Shown here: piece after piece, positions 9,449-17,214 of the stretch
How the letters are laid out: every line of letters starts with the position of its first letter
Numbering within the stretch: position 1 is the stretch's first letter
Assembly: GCA_043809585.1 (NCBI GenBank)
Contig: JBDROZ010000013.1
Coordinates: 3,928 to 67,927, forward strand
Length of the DNA stretch: 64,000 bases
Source: Candidatus Eiseniibacteriota bacterium
Lineage (GTDB): Bacteria > Orphanbacterota > Orphanbacteria > Orphanbacterales > Orphanbacteraceae
Reading direction: 5' to 3'
The notes under the pieces: generated by a model
The model's database searches: none
Told to the model about the DNA's origin: nothing
Seen by the model: only the letters and a program-made list of their open reading frames with translations
Position numbers and translations under genes: made by a program

Positions 9449-10248
9449 CGGAGCGCCGGATCATCACGATCCTCACCGATTTCGGAGAGGGTTCGTACGT
9501 CCCCTCCGTGAAGGGCGTCCTTCTCTCGACCGCTCCAGGCGCGGTCCTCGTCGACATGAGTCACGACATCCTGCCGGGCGCCGTCGGCACCGCGTCCTTC
9601 ATCCTCGCCCACACGGCCCCCTACTTTCCGGAGGGGACGGTCCATCTCGCCGTGGTCGATCCGGGGGTCGGCACGGGCCGTCTCGCCCTCGTGGTCGAAG
9701 CGGGCGGGTCGTTTTTCGTGGGTCCCGACAACGGTCTCTTCGGAGAGGTCCTCCGGCGCCGAGGGGGCCGGGCGTGGCAGATCGAGGAGGGCCCCTGGAT
9801 GCCGCCGAGGATCTCCCCCACCTTTCACGGCCGGGACATCTTCGCCCCCGTGGCGGCGCGCCTCGCCCTCGGGGAAAAGCCGGAGCGATTCGGCTCCCCC
9901 GTGGATCCCGCCGATCTCGCGCCGTCGCCGATCGAGCCCCCCCGGCGCGCCGGGAGCCGCGTTTCGGGCGAGGTGGTCTGGGTCGACCGCTTCGGCAACC
10001 TGATCACCAATCTCGACCGTCCCCTGGTGGAGGAGTGGACCGCCGGAGCCCCCTTCCGCGCCCTCGTCGGCGGCACCTGGATCGACACACGGGTGCACAC
10101 ATTCCTCGAGGCGAAACAGGGTAGCCTGGTGGTGCTCTTCGGGAGCTGGGAGACCGTGGAGATCTCCGTGGCCGCCGGGAGCGCCTCGAGGCGCCTCGGC
10201 ATCGCGAGCGGCGAGCCGGTTCACTTGGAGAGAATTCATGGCCGCTGA
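9445..10248 (+). CDS. S-adenosyl-L-methionine hydroxide adenosyltransferase / SAM hydrolase family (DUF62, SalL/FlA-like fold)
   Basis: ITILTDFGEGSYVPSVKGVLLS, VVDPGVGT, FHGRDIFAPVAARLA. GTGA overlap with the AMMECR1 gene. Confidence 0.8.
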   Translation: MTERRIITILTDFGEGSYVPSVKGVLLSTAPGAVLVDMSHDILPGAVGTASFILAHTAPYFPEGTVHLAVVDPGVGTGRLALVVEAGGSFFVGPDNGLFGEVLRRRGGRAWQIEEGPWMPPRISPTFHGRDIFAPVAARLALGEKPERFGSPVDPADLAPSPIEPPRRAGSRVSGEVVWVDRFGNLITNLDRPLVEEWTAGAPFRALVGGTWIDTRVHTFLEAKQGSLVVLFGSWETVEISVAAGSASRRLGIASGEPVHLERIHGR

Positions 10249-11860
10249 GGCCGCTCCCCTCCGCCGCCGTCCCTTCCCGGCCGCCGCGGGAGATCATCTC
10301 CGCGATTACTGGGCGGGGGCCGAGAGGCTCCGGGAACTCTACCCCCACTTTCCTCTCGCCCGTCCGGTCCGGACGGGGGAAGCGACGTCGGCGGGACCCG
10401 TCGACGGGGAGACGGCCCGGAGGATCGCCGGCCTGAACGAAGCGGCGGGGGGACCGCCGGCGAGGGGGCTCGGGCATCTCGGAGGGGCGCCGACCCGGTT
10501 CGTTCTCGCGGGCCAGCAACCCGGGCTCCTTCTCGGCCCCCCCCTCGCCGCGTACAAGATGATGAGCGCCGCGGCCCTCGCCCGAAGCCTCGACGGGGAG
10601 GACGCTCCGGTGGTCCCCCTGTTCTGGATCGCCTCCCACGACTCGGACCTCCCCGAGGTGGACGGCGTCGTGGTCCCCGGCCCGGAGGGGGACCCCCGCA
10701 CGATCCGGTATCCTTTCCGGGGCGGGCATCTCCGGCGCCGGGTCGGGACGCTGACCGTGGCGCCGGAGGAGTGGCGCTCCTTTCTCGCCGGCCTTCGTGA
10801 CGCCCTTCCCCCGACCGGGTTTCGGGACGAGTGCATCGCCCTCGCCGAATCCCTGACCGGCGGAGAGGAGACGACCCTCACCCTTCTCTTCGCGCGCCTC
10901 GCCCGCCGGTTCTTCCCGAAGACGGACCTCCTCTTCTTCGACGGCGGGGACGCCGAGATCGACCCCCGGGGGCGGGCGGTTCTCGCCGCCGCCGCACGGC
11001 GGCCCGGCGCGGCGTCGGAGGCGCTTCGGGCGGGGGCCGCGCGGCTCCGGGAGCGGGGCATCGAGCCTCCTCTCCCGGCCGAGCCGGGGAGGGCGCTCTT
11101 CTTCCTTCTCGAAGGCGAAACGCGCGTCCCGGTCCTCTTCGACGAAGACGGGATCGGCCCCGAGTCGGGAGAGAGAATGTCTCCGGGCGAGCTCGCCGGG
11201 CGGATCGAAGAGGGGACGGTCCGGGCGACGCCGAACGCCGCCCTCCGGCCGGTGGTTCAAGACGCGGTCTTCCCGAACGCGGCCACCGTGGTCGGCCTGT
11301 CGGAGCTCGTCTACCACGGAGAGCTCGGACCCCTGTACGATCTCATGGGCGTTCGCCGCCCCCTCCTCGTCCCCCGGGCGGGCTACGCCGTCGTGCCGGC
11401 CAGGACGGAAGAGAAGCTCAGGGACCTCGGGCTCGAGTGGGAGGATCTCTTCGCGGGCGAAGAACCCTCGGGGCGGGGGGGGGCGGCGGGAACGGGCGAG
11501 GGGCGGTTCCTCACGGGGGCGAAGGAGATCCTCGCGGCCTATCTCGAAGAGACGGAGAGGCGCTCCTCCGGCGCGGTCCCCCCGGACGACCCGGCCCGAT
11601 CCCGCTTCCTCAAGGAGGCGGAGCGCACGGTCCGGAGAGTCAGGAAACTCGCGGACCGGGCGGGAGAGAACCGGAGAAACCGGATCCACCGGGCGCGGCA
11701 GGAGATCCTTCCGGGAGGGAAGCCTCAGGAGGCGGCGATTTCCTTCTTCTCCCTCGCCGCCCGCTTCGGCCTCCGGATCGCGGAAGATCTCGCCCGGATG
11801 ACGGGACCCGAGGAACCGGTTCCCCATCTCGTCACCGTGGGAGGAAGGAAGGACCCTTGA
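10238..11860 (+). CDS. bshC: bacillithiol biosynthesis cysteine-adding enzyme BshC
   Basis: About 540 aa. AGQQPGLLLGPPLAAYKMMSAAALARSL...VVPLFWIASHDSDLPEV matches the B. subtilis YllA/BshC N-terminal block. Followed by bshA. Confidence 0.75.
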   Translation: MAAEAAPLRRRPFPAAAGDHLRDYWAGAERLRELYPHFPLARPVRTGEATSAGPVDGETARRIAGLNEAAGGPPARGLGHLGGAPTRFVLAGQQPGLLLGPPLAAYKMMSAAALARSLDGEDAPVVPLFWIASHDSDLPEVDGVVVPGPEGDPRTIRYPFRGGHLRRRVGTLTVAPEEWRSFLAGLRDALPPTGFRDECIALAESLTGGEETTLTLLFARLARRFFPKTDLLFFDGGDAEIDPRGRAVLAAAARRPGAASEALRAGAARLRERGIEPPLPAEPGRALFFLLEGETRVPVLFDEDGIGPESGERMSPGELAGRIEEGTVRATPNAALRPVVQDAVFPNAATVVGLSELVYHGELGPLYDLMGVRRPLLVPRAGYAVVPARTEEKLRDLGLEWEDLFAGEEPSGRGGAAGTGEGRFLTGAKEILAAYLEETERRSSGAVPPDDPARSRFLKEAERTVRRVRKLADRAGENRRNRIHRARQEILPGGKPQEAAISFFSLAARFGLRIAEDLARMTGPEEPVPHLVTVGGRKDP

Positions 11861-12984
11861 GAATCGGCATCACCTGCTACCCGAGCGCGGGGGGATCGGG
11901 CGTGGTCGCCACCGAACTCGGCCTCTCCCTCGCCCGCCGGGGCCATCAGGTCCACTTCGTCAGCTACTCCCGCCCCTTTCGCCTCGAGACGGCGGGGGAG
12001 GGGATCACGTTCCACAAGGTGAAGACCGTCACCTATCCGCTCTTCAAGTACCCCCCCTATTCGCTCGCCCTCTCGGTGCGCATGGCGGAGGTGGCCCGAA
12101 AGGAGAAGCTCGACATCTTTCACGTTCACTACGCGATCCCCCACGCCACGAGCGCGTACCTCGCGAACGAGATCCTCGGTCCGGACCGGGTGAAGGTGGT
12201 GACCACGCTTCACGGCACGGACATCACCCTCGTCGGCAGCGAGGAGAGCTTCTTCGAGATCACTAAGTTCAGCATCGAACGCTCCGACGCGGTCACCGCC
12301 GTCTCCGAGTTCCTCGCCCGGGAGACGCGGGAGAAACTCCGGGTGACGAAGAGGATCGACGTGATCCCCAATTTCGTCGACCCCCGGGTCTTCGCGGATC
12401 ACCCCGACGAAGGCCTCCGGAAAGAGCTCGACCTCGAAGAGGGGCCGGTGCTGATGCACATCTCGAACTTCCGGAAGGTGAAGAACGTGCGCGACCTGAT
12501 CCACCTCTTCGCCCGGGTCCAAGAGTCGACGCCCGCCCATCTCCTCCTCGTGGGGGACGGGCCGGAGCGCATCCCCTGCCGCATCCTCGCCGAGGAGCTC
12601 GGCGTGCAGAACCGGATCAGCTTCCTCGGGAACCGCATCGCCGTCCACCGGATCCTCCCCCTCGCCGACGTCTTCCTCCTCCCGTCGACGGTGGAGAGCT
12701 TCGGTCTCGTCGCCCTCGAGGCGATGGCGTGCGGCGTGCCCGTGGTCGGTTACCATGGGGGCGGTCTCCCCGAGGTGGTCCGTCACGGCGTCGACGGTTA
12801 CCTCGCGCCGCTCGGCGATCTCGAAAGAATGATTGAAATGACCCTCGACCTATTGCAAAATCACGACTTAAGACGTCGCATGGGCGGCGAGGCCCGGCGG
12901 CGCGCCACGGAGACCTTCACCACCGACCGGGTGACGGACGAATACGAGAACCTTTACCGGCGCGTGCTCCGGGAAGGATCCTGA
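11857..12984 (+). CDS. bshA: N-acetyl-alpha-D-glucosaminyl L-malate synthase BshA (GT4)
   Basis: RIGITCYPSAGGSGVVATELGLSLARRGHQVHFVSYSRPFRL is nearly identical in pattern to the BshA N-terminus. GT4 C-terminal E..FGLVALEAMACGVPVV. TTG start overlaps the bshC stop (TTGA). Confidence 0.8.
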   Translation: MRIGITCYPSAGGSGVVATELGLSLARRGHQVHFVSYSRPFRLETAGEGITFHKVKTVTYPLFKYPPYSLALSVRMAEVARKEKLDIFHVHYAIPHATSAYLANEILGPDRVKVVTTLHGTDITLVGSEESFFEITKFSIERSDAVTAVSEFLARETREKLRVTKRIDVIPNFVDPRVFADHPDEGLRKELDLEEGPVLMHISNFRKVKNVRDLIHLFARVQESTPAHLLLVGDGPERIPCRILAEELGVQNRISFLGNRIAVHRILPLADVFLLPSTVESFGLVALEAMACGVPVVGYHGGGLPEVVRHGVDGYLAPLGDLERMIEMTLDLLQNHDLRRRMGGEARRRATETFTTDRVTDEYENLYRRVLREGS

Positions 12985-12988
12985 CCGG

Positions 12989-13390
12989 ATGGCCAAAGAC
13001 CTGAAAGCGGCGATCGACCGGATCCGGGCGAAAGACCCGGGCTTCCGGGAGGAGGCGTACGTGTTTCTTCTCCAGTCCTTGGACGTCACCCTCGAGAGGA
13101 TCGGCGAGAAAAGGCACGTGACGGGCCGGGAGCTTCTCGAGGGGGTCCGGGAGCTCGCGCTCCACCGGTACGGCCCGACGGCGCGGATGGTGTTCGAACA
13201 CTGGGGCCTCCGCGCCACCGAGGACTTCGGGCGCATCGTCTTCCGTTTCGTGGAGGAGGGGATCCTCTCCAAGACCGAGGCCGACTCGATCGAGGACTTC
13301 ACCGGCGTGTTCGACTTCCGCCGGGTCTTCGAGGAGGAGTACTCGTGGACCGCCGACATGGACGTTCCGAAGCGGAGGCTCCGCGTATGA
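12989..13390 (+). CDS. small conserved protein, resembles the Minf_1886 (Planctomycete/Verrucomicrobial) family of unknown function
   Basis: EEAYVFLLQSLDVTLERIGEKRHVTGRELLEGVRELALHRYGPTARMVFEHWGL. Family recalled from memory, not searched. Confidence 0.5.
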   Translation: MAKDLKAAIDRIRAKDPGFREEAYVFLLQSLDVTLERIGEKRHVTGRELLEGVRELALHRYGPTARMVFEHWGLRATEDFGRIVFRFVEEGILSKTEADSIEDFTGVFDFRRVFEEEYSWTADMDVPKRRLRV

Positions 13391-13806
13391 CGGGGGAGAG
13401 CGGGACTCGAAAGGACGCGGGCGTCCGGGAGATGATCGAGTTTCTCTCCCGGGACGACGGGGCCGGAGGGGCGGAGGCGACCGGCGCGGAGGGGCTTCTT
13501 TGGGCTCCGGCGGCGGACGTGTACGAAGCGGACGACACCCTCTTCGTCACCGTCGAGGTGGCGGGCATGAAGTCGAAGGAGGTCCACATCCGCGTCGAGG
13601 GGGGCGCCCTCGTGGTCCGCGGCGAGCGGAGGCCGCCCCACGACCGCCGGGAGCGGCGCTACCACTCCCTGGAGATGCGGGCCGGCCCCTTCGAGAAGCG
13701 CATCCCTCTGCCCGCCGGGTACGACTGGAGCCGCCCCCGCTCCCGTTACGTGGACGGCATCCTCGAGATCTCTTTCCCCTGCTCGGGCGAAGGGCGAAAC
13801 CGTTGA
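13387..13806 (+). CDS. Hsp20/alpha-crystallin small heat-shock protein
   Basis: WAPAADVYEADDTLFVTVEVAGMKSKEVHIRVEGGALVVRGERR ... VDGILEISFP. ATGA overlap with the upstream gene. Confidence 0.85.
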   Translation: MTGESGTRKDAGVREMIEFLSRDDGAGGAEATGAEGLLWAPAADVYEADDTLFVTVEVAGMKSKEVHIRVEGGALVVRGERRPPHDRRERRYHSLEMRAGPFEKRIPLPAGYDWSRPRSRYVDGILEISFPCSGEGRNR

Positions 13807-16127
13807 TCGGCGCGGGCAAGGTCCCGATCCCCGGGGAACTCCCCCTTCTCGCCCTCCATCGGGACGTCCTCTTTCCCGGGGGGCGCACGTCGATCGATCT
13901 CGTCGACCCCGAGGAGATCGCCCTCGCCGATTACTCCCTCGGAGGCCACCGGTTCGTCGCCCTCTTCCCCCGGTTCGGAGACGGCGAACTCTCCTCCCGC
14001 GGGACGGCGGCGATCATCGAACAGATGAGGCGCGAGAAGGAGGGGGGCATCCGGCTCACCCTTCTCGGAGTGACGAGGGTCGACCGGGTTTCGGAAACCC
14101 GGGAAGAGGAAGGGTTCCCCGTCGCCGAGGTCCGGCCCGCCCCCGCGGGGCGCGGCCACGAGCTTCGCATCGAGGCGCTTCGCCGGAGCGTGCTGGACGC
14201 CTTCGACGCCGCCGCCCGGGAGGGCATGGTGGAGGGGGAAGGAGCCCCGGACGAGGCGCGCCGGGCGGGCACGGCGGGCCGGGCGGCGGACCTCGTCGCC
14301 GCGGGGCTCCGTCTCTCGCCGGAGGAGAAGATCCTCCTTCTCGAACAGGAGGACGTGGAGCGCCGTCTCGAAACGCTCGGAAAGATCCTGGACCGGGAGC
14401 GTTCGATCGCCGTTCTCGAAAACCGGCTGCGGGAGGAAGTCGGGACCGCCCTCGGGAAACGGGAGCGGGACCGGTACCTCCGCCAGAAGCTCCACGCGAT
14501 CCGGGCGGAGCTCGGGGAGGAGGACGAGCGGGAGACTCAGGTGAGGGAACTCGACCGGCGCCTCGCCGAGGCGAGACTCCCGGTGCCGGTGGAGAACGCC
14601 TGCCGGGACGAGATCACACGCCTCGGCCGCCTGCCGGTGCAGAGCGGCGAGTTCGCCATCGCCCGGACCCACATCGACTGGATTCTCGGGCTCCCCTGGA
14701 CGGTGTCGTCGGAAGACACCATCGATCTCGAGCGGGCCCGGAAGATCCTCGACCGGAACCATCACGGTCTGGGAAGAACCAAGGAGCGTGTTCTCGAGTT
14801 CCTGGCCGTCCGGAAGCTGAAGAGCGATTCTCCGTCGCCGCTCCTCTGCTTCGTCGGCCCCCCCGGGACGGGGAAGACCACCCTCGGTCTCTCCATCGCG
14901 GACGCCCTCGAACGGCGGGTGGCGCACCTTTCCCTCGGCGGCGTGATGGACGAGAGCGAGATTCGCGGCCACCGCCGCACCTACCAGGGGGCCCTGCCCG
15001 GGCGGGTCCTTCAGGAGATCCGCCGCGTCGGCGTCAGGAACCCGCTCTTCATGCTCGACGAGATCGACAAGATCGGCTCCGACTTCCGGGGAGATCCGTC
15101 CGCGTCTCTTCTCGAGATTCTCGATCACGAGCAGAACCGGCATTTCGCCGACAACTACGTCAGCCTTCCCTTCGATCTCGGCGAGGTCTTCTTCATCACC
15201 ACGGCGAACAGCATCGACCGCATCCCGGCGGGCCTCATCGACCGGCTCGAGATCATCGAGTTCCCCGGCTACACGACGCTCGAAAAGGTGACCATCGCCG
15301 AGCGCCACCTGATTCCGAAGCAGCTCCGCGCCCACGGGCTCGCGGCGGGCGCCCTCGGCATCGGTCGTCCGGCGATCCGGCGAATCACCGACGAATTCGC
15401 CCAGGAGGCGGGGCTTCGCGACCTCGAGCGCTGCATCGCCGCGATCTGCCGGAAACGGGCCGTGTCGTGGCTCGGCGGCGAGCGGAAGAAGGTCGTCGTC
15501 GCCGCCAAGGACCTCGGGCACTACCTCGGCACGCCCCGCTACTACCCGGAGGCGAAGAGCCGCCGTCCCGAGATCGGCCTCGCGACCGCCCTCGCCTGGA
15601 CTCCCTCGGGGGGGCAGATCCTCTTCATCGAGGCGACGTCCATGCCGGGCCGCCAATCCCTGCAGATCACGGGACAACTCGGCGACGTGATGCGCGAGTC
15701 CGCCGAGACCGCCCTCTCCTTCGTCCGGAGTTTCCTCGACCGCCGCGGCGCGCCGCCGGACATTCTCGAGGGCCAGGACATCCACATCCACGTGCCCGCC
15801 GGGGCGATCTCGAAGGACGGTCCCTCCGCGGGGATCGCCATCGCCGTCGCCCTCTACTCGCTCATCTCGGGCCAGCCGGCGCGGCACGACGTCGCGCTGA
15901 CCGGCGAGATCACCCTGCGGGGGCATGTCCTTCCCGTGGGGGGCGTGAAGCAGAAGATCCTCGGCGCCTACCGGTGCGGCATCCGCCACGTGGTCCTGCC
16001 CGCCCGGAACGAGCCGGAACTCGCCGACGTGCCGGACGAGGTGAAGAAGAAGCTCCACATCATCCCGATCGAGCGAGTGGAAGAGGCTTTCCTCCTCGCC
16101 TGCCTGCCGCCGAAGGGGGGACGCTAG
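13803..16127 (+). CDS. lon: ATP-dependent Lon protease
   Basis: LON N-domain (LPLLALHRDVLFPGG), Walker A GPPGTGKTT, catalytic KDGPSAG. TTG start at 13803 overlaps the hsp20 stop; the upstream part of the listed ORF (from 13500) is out-of-frame overlap with hsp20. Confidence 0.9.
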   Translation: MIGAGKVPIPGELPLLALHRDVLFPGGRTSIDLVDPEEIALADYSLGGHRFVALFPRFGDGELSSRGTAAIIEQMRREKEGGIRLTLLGVTRVDRVSETREEEGFPVAEVRPAPAGRGHELRIEALRRSVLDAFDAAAREGMVEGEGAPDEARRAGTAGRAADLVAAGLRLSPEEKILLLEQEDVERRLETLGKILDRERSIAVLENRLREEVGTALGKRERDRYLRQKLHAIRAELGEEDERETQVRELDRRLAEARLPVPVENACRDEITRLGRLPVQSGEFAIARTHIDWILGLPWTVSSEDTIDLERARKILDRNHHGLGRTKERVLEFLAVRKLKSDSPSPLLCFVGPPGTGKTTLGLSIADALERRVAHLSLGGVMDESEIRGHRRTYQGALPGRVLQEIRRVGVRNPLFMLDEIDKIGSDFRGDPSASLLEILDHEQNRHFADNYVSLPFDLGEVFFITTANSIDRIPAGLIDRLEIIEFPGYTTLEKVTIAERHLIPKQLRAHGLAAGALGIGRPAIRRITDEFAQEAGLRDLERCIAAICRKRAVSWLGGERKKVVVAAKDLGHYLGTPRYYPEAKSRRPEIGLATALAWTPSGGQILFIEATSMPGRQSLQITGQLGDVMRESAETALSFVRSFLDRRGAPPDILEGQDIHIHVPAGAISKDGPSAGIAIAVALYSLISGQPARHDVALTGEITLRGHVLPVGGVKQKILGAYRCGIRHVVLPARNEPELADVPDEVKKKLHIIPIERVEEAFLLACLPPKGGR

Positions 16128-16128
16128 G

Positions 16129-17214
16129 GTGGATCTGGTCGGGCTCTACCTCAAGTACCAGCGCGATTGGGTCGCCCGCCGGGCCCCGGCCCCTCCCATG
16201 TCGATCCCGAAGACACTGATCGGGCCGCGCCGCCTCGTCGCCTGTCTCGGCGCCGATCCGCGGCTCCCCCCCCTCGTGCTCCCCGCCATGCGGCTTCTCC
16301 GGGACCGATACGAAAACGCCCGCCTCTGCGTTGTCACGGGGGCCGACAACACCGCCGCCCTCCGGCGGGAACGGATCGCCGACAAGGCGCTCGTGCTTCA
16401 GGAGAAGAAGGGCTCGGGACGGGTCTCCGAGATCCGTCGTCTCGGGAAGGAAGTGGCCAAGCTCGAGCCGGACATCCTCTTCGTCTTTGACGGCGAGTCC
16501 GATCCGCGCCTCCTCGCCGTGGCCCACGAATCCAAGACGCCTCTGCGGGTCGGGTTCGGCGTGGGCGAACACCATCCCTTCCTCAACTTCGAGGTGGCGC
16601 CGCCGAGAGAGACCACCTACCTCGCCCAGGCGCTGCTCGACCTGGTCGGCGCCGTGACCGGCCGCTTTCTCGATTTTCTCGACGACCCGGTGCGGGGCCG
16701 CGTCTCGGAGGCGGACGCCAAGCGGGCCGAGCGGCTCGTCCACTTCTGGCAGCCCCGCTCGGAACGGCTTCTCGTAGCCGTCGAGCCGGGGACGGAGGAG
16801 GGGAAGGAGCCGGACCTGGCGAAGTTCGTCGCGGTGGCGAGACTTCTCTCGAAGGCCTTCGGCGCCCGGGTGATGATCGTCGCGGGTCCCGAGCGCCGCG
16901 GCGCGGCGGAGGAACTGGAGCGACGCCTCGCTTTTCTCGAACCGTACCGGGCCCAGACCGACGATCTCCCCCAGGCGGTAGCCTTCGTCTCCCGGGCGGA
17001 TCTGATGGTGTCGGCGAACACCCCCCTCTTCCACTACGCCGTCACCCTCGGCGTCCCGACCCTCGGCCTCTTCTCCGACGACACCCCCTCCTGGCTCATT
17101 CCCTCCGCAGGCACGGCGGCCCGGATCCTCCCGATCCGCAAGGAGATCACGGAGGACCAGTTCCTGAAAGTGGTCGATGAGCTCGGCGCGGAGGTGACGG
17201 GGGGCGGGTCGTGA
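16129..17214 (+). CDS. glycosyltransferase family 9 (LPS heptosyltransferase-like), divergent
   Basis: Size and C-terminal block ADLMVSANTPLFHYAVTLGVPTLGLF typical of GT9. Context with an MsbA-like gene, a second GT9 and gmhB. Confidence 0.6.
   Translation: MDLVGLYLKYQRDWVARRAPAPPMSIPKTLIGPRRLVACLGADPRLPPLVLPAMRLLRDRYENARLCVVTGADNTAALRRERIADKALVLQEKKGSGRVSEIRRLGKEVAKLEPDILFVFDGESDPRLLAVAHESKTPLRVGFGVGEHHPFLNFEVAPPRETTYLAQALLDLVGAVTGRFLDFLDDPVRGRVSEADAKRAERLVHFWQPRSERLLVAVEPGTEEGKEPDLAKFVAVARLLSKAFGARVMIVAGPERRGAAEELERRLAFLEPYRAQTDDLPQAVAFVSRADLMVSANTPLFHYAVTLGVPTLGLFSDDTPSWLIPSAGTAARILPIRKEITEDQFLKVVDELGAEVTGGGS

Noticed and set aside
11475-11483. G8-G9 runs inside coding regions (bshC 11475-11483, nucleotidyltransferase gene about 33133-33140, wzx about 34836-34843, GT-C genes 38094-38101 and 42103-42111), considered as Campylobacter-style contingency loci.
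   Set aside because: At roughly 35% G, around ten G8+ runs per strand are expected by chance in 64 kb. They encode Gly-rich linkers. No evidence of frameshifted copies.
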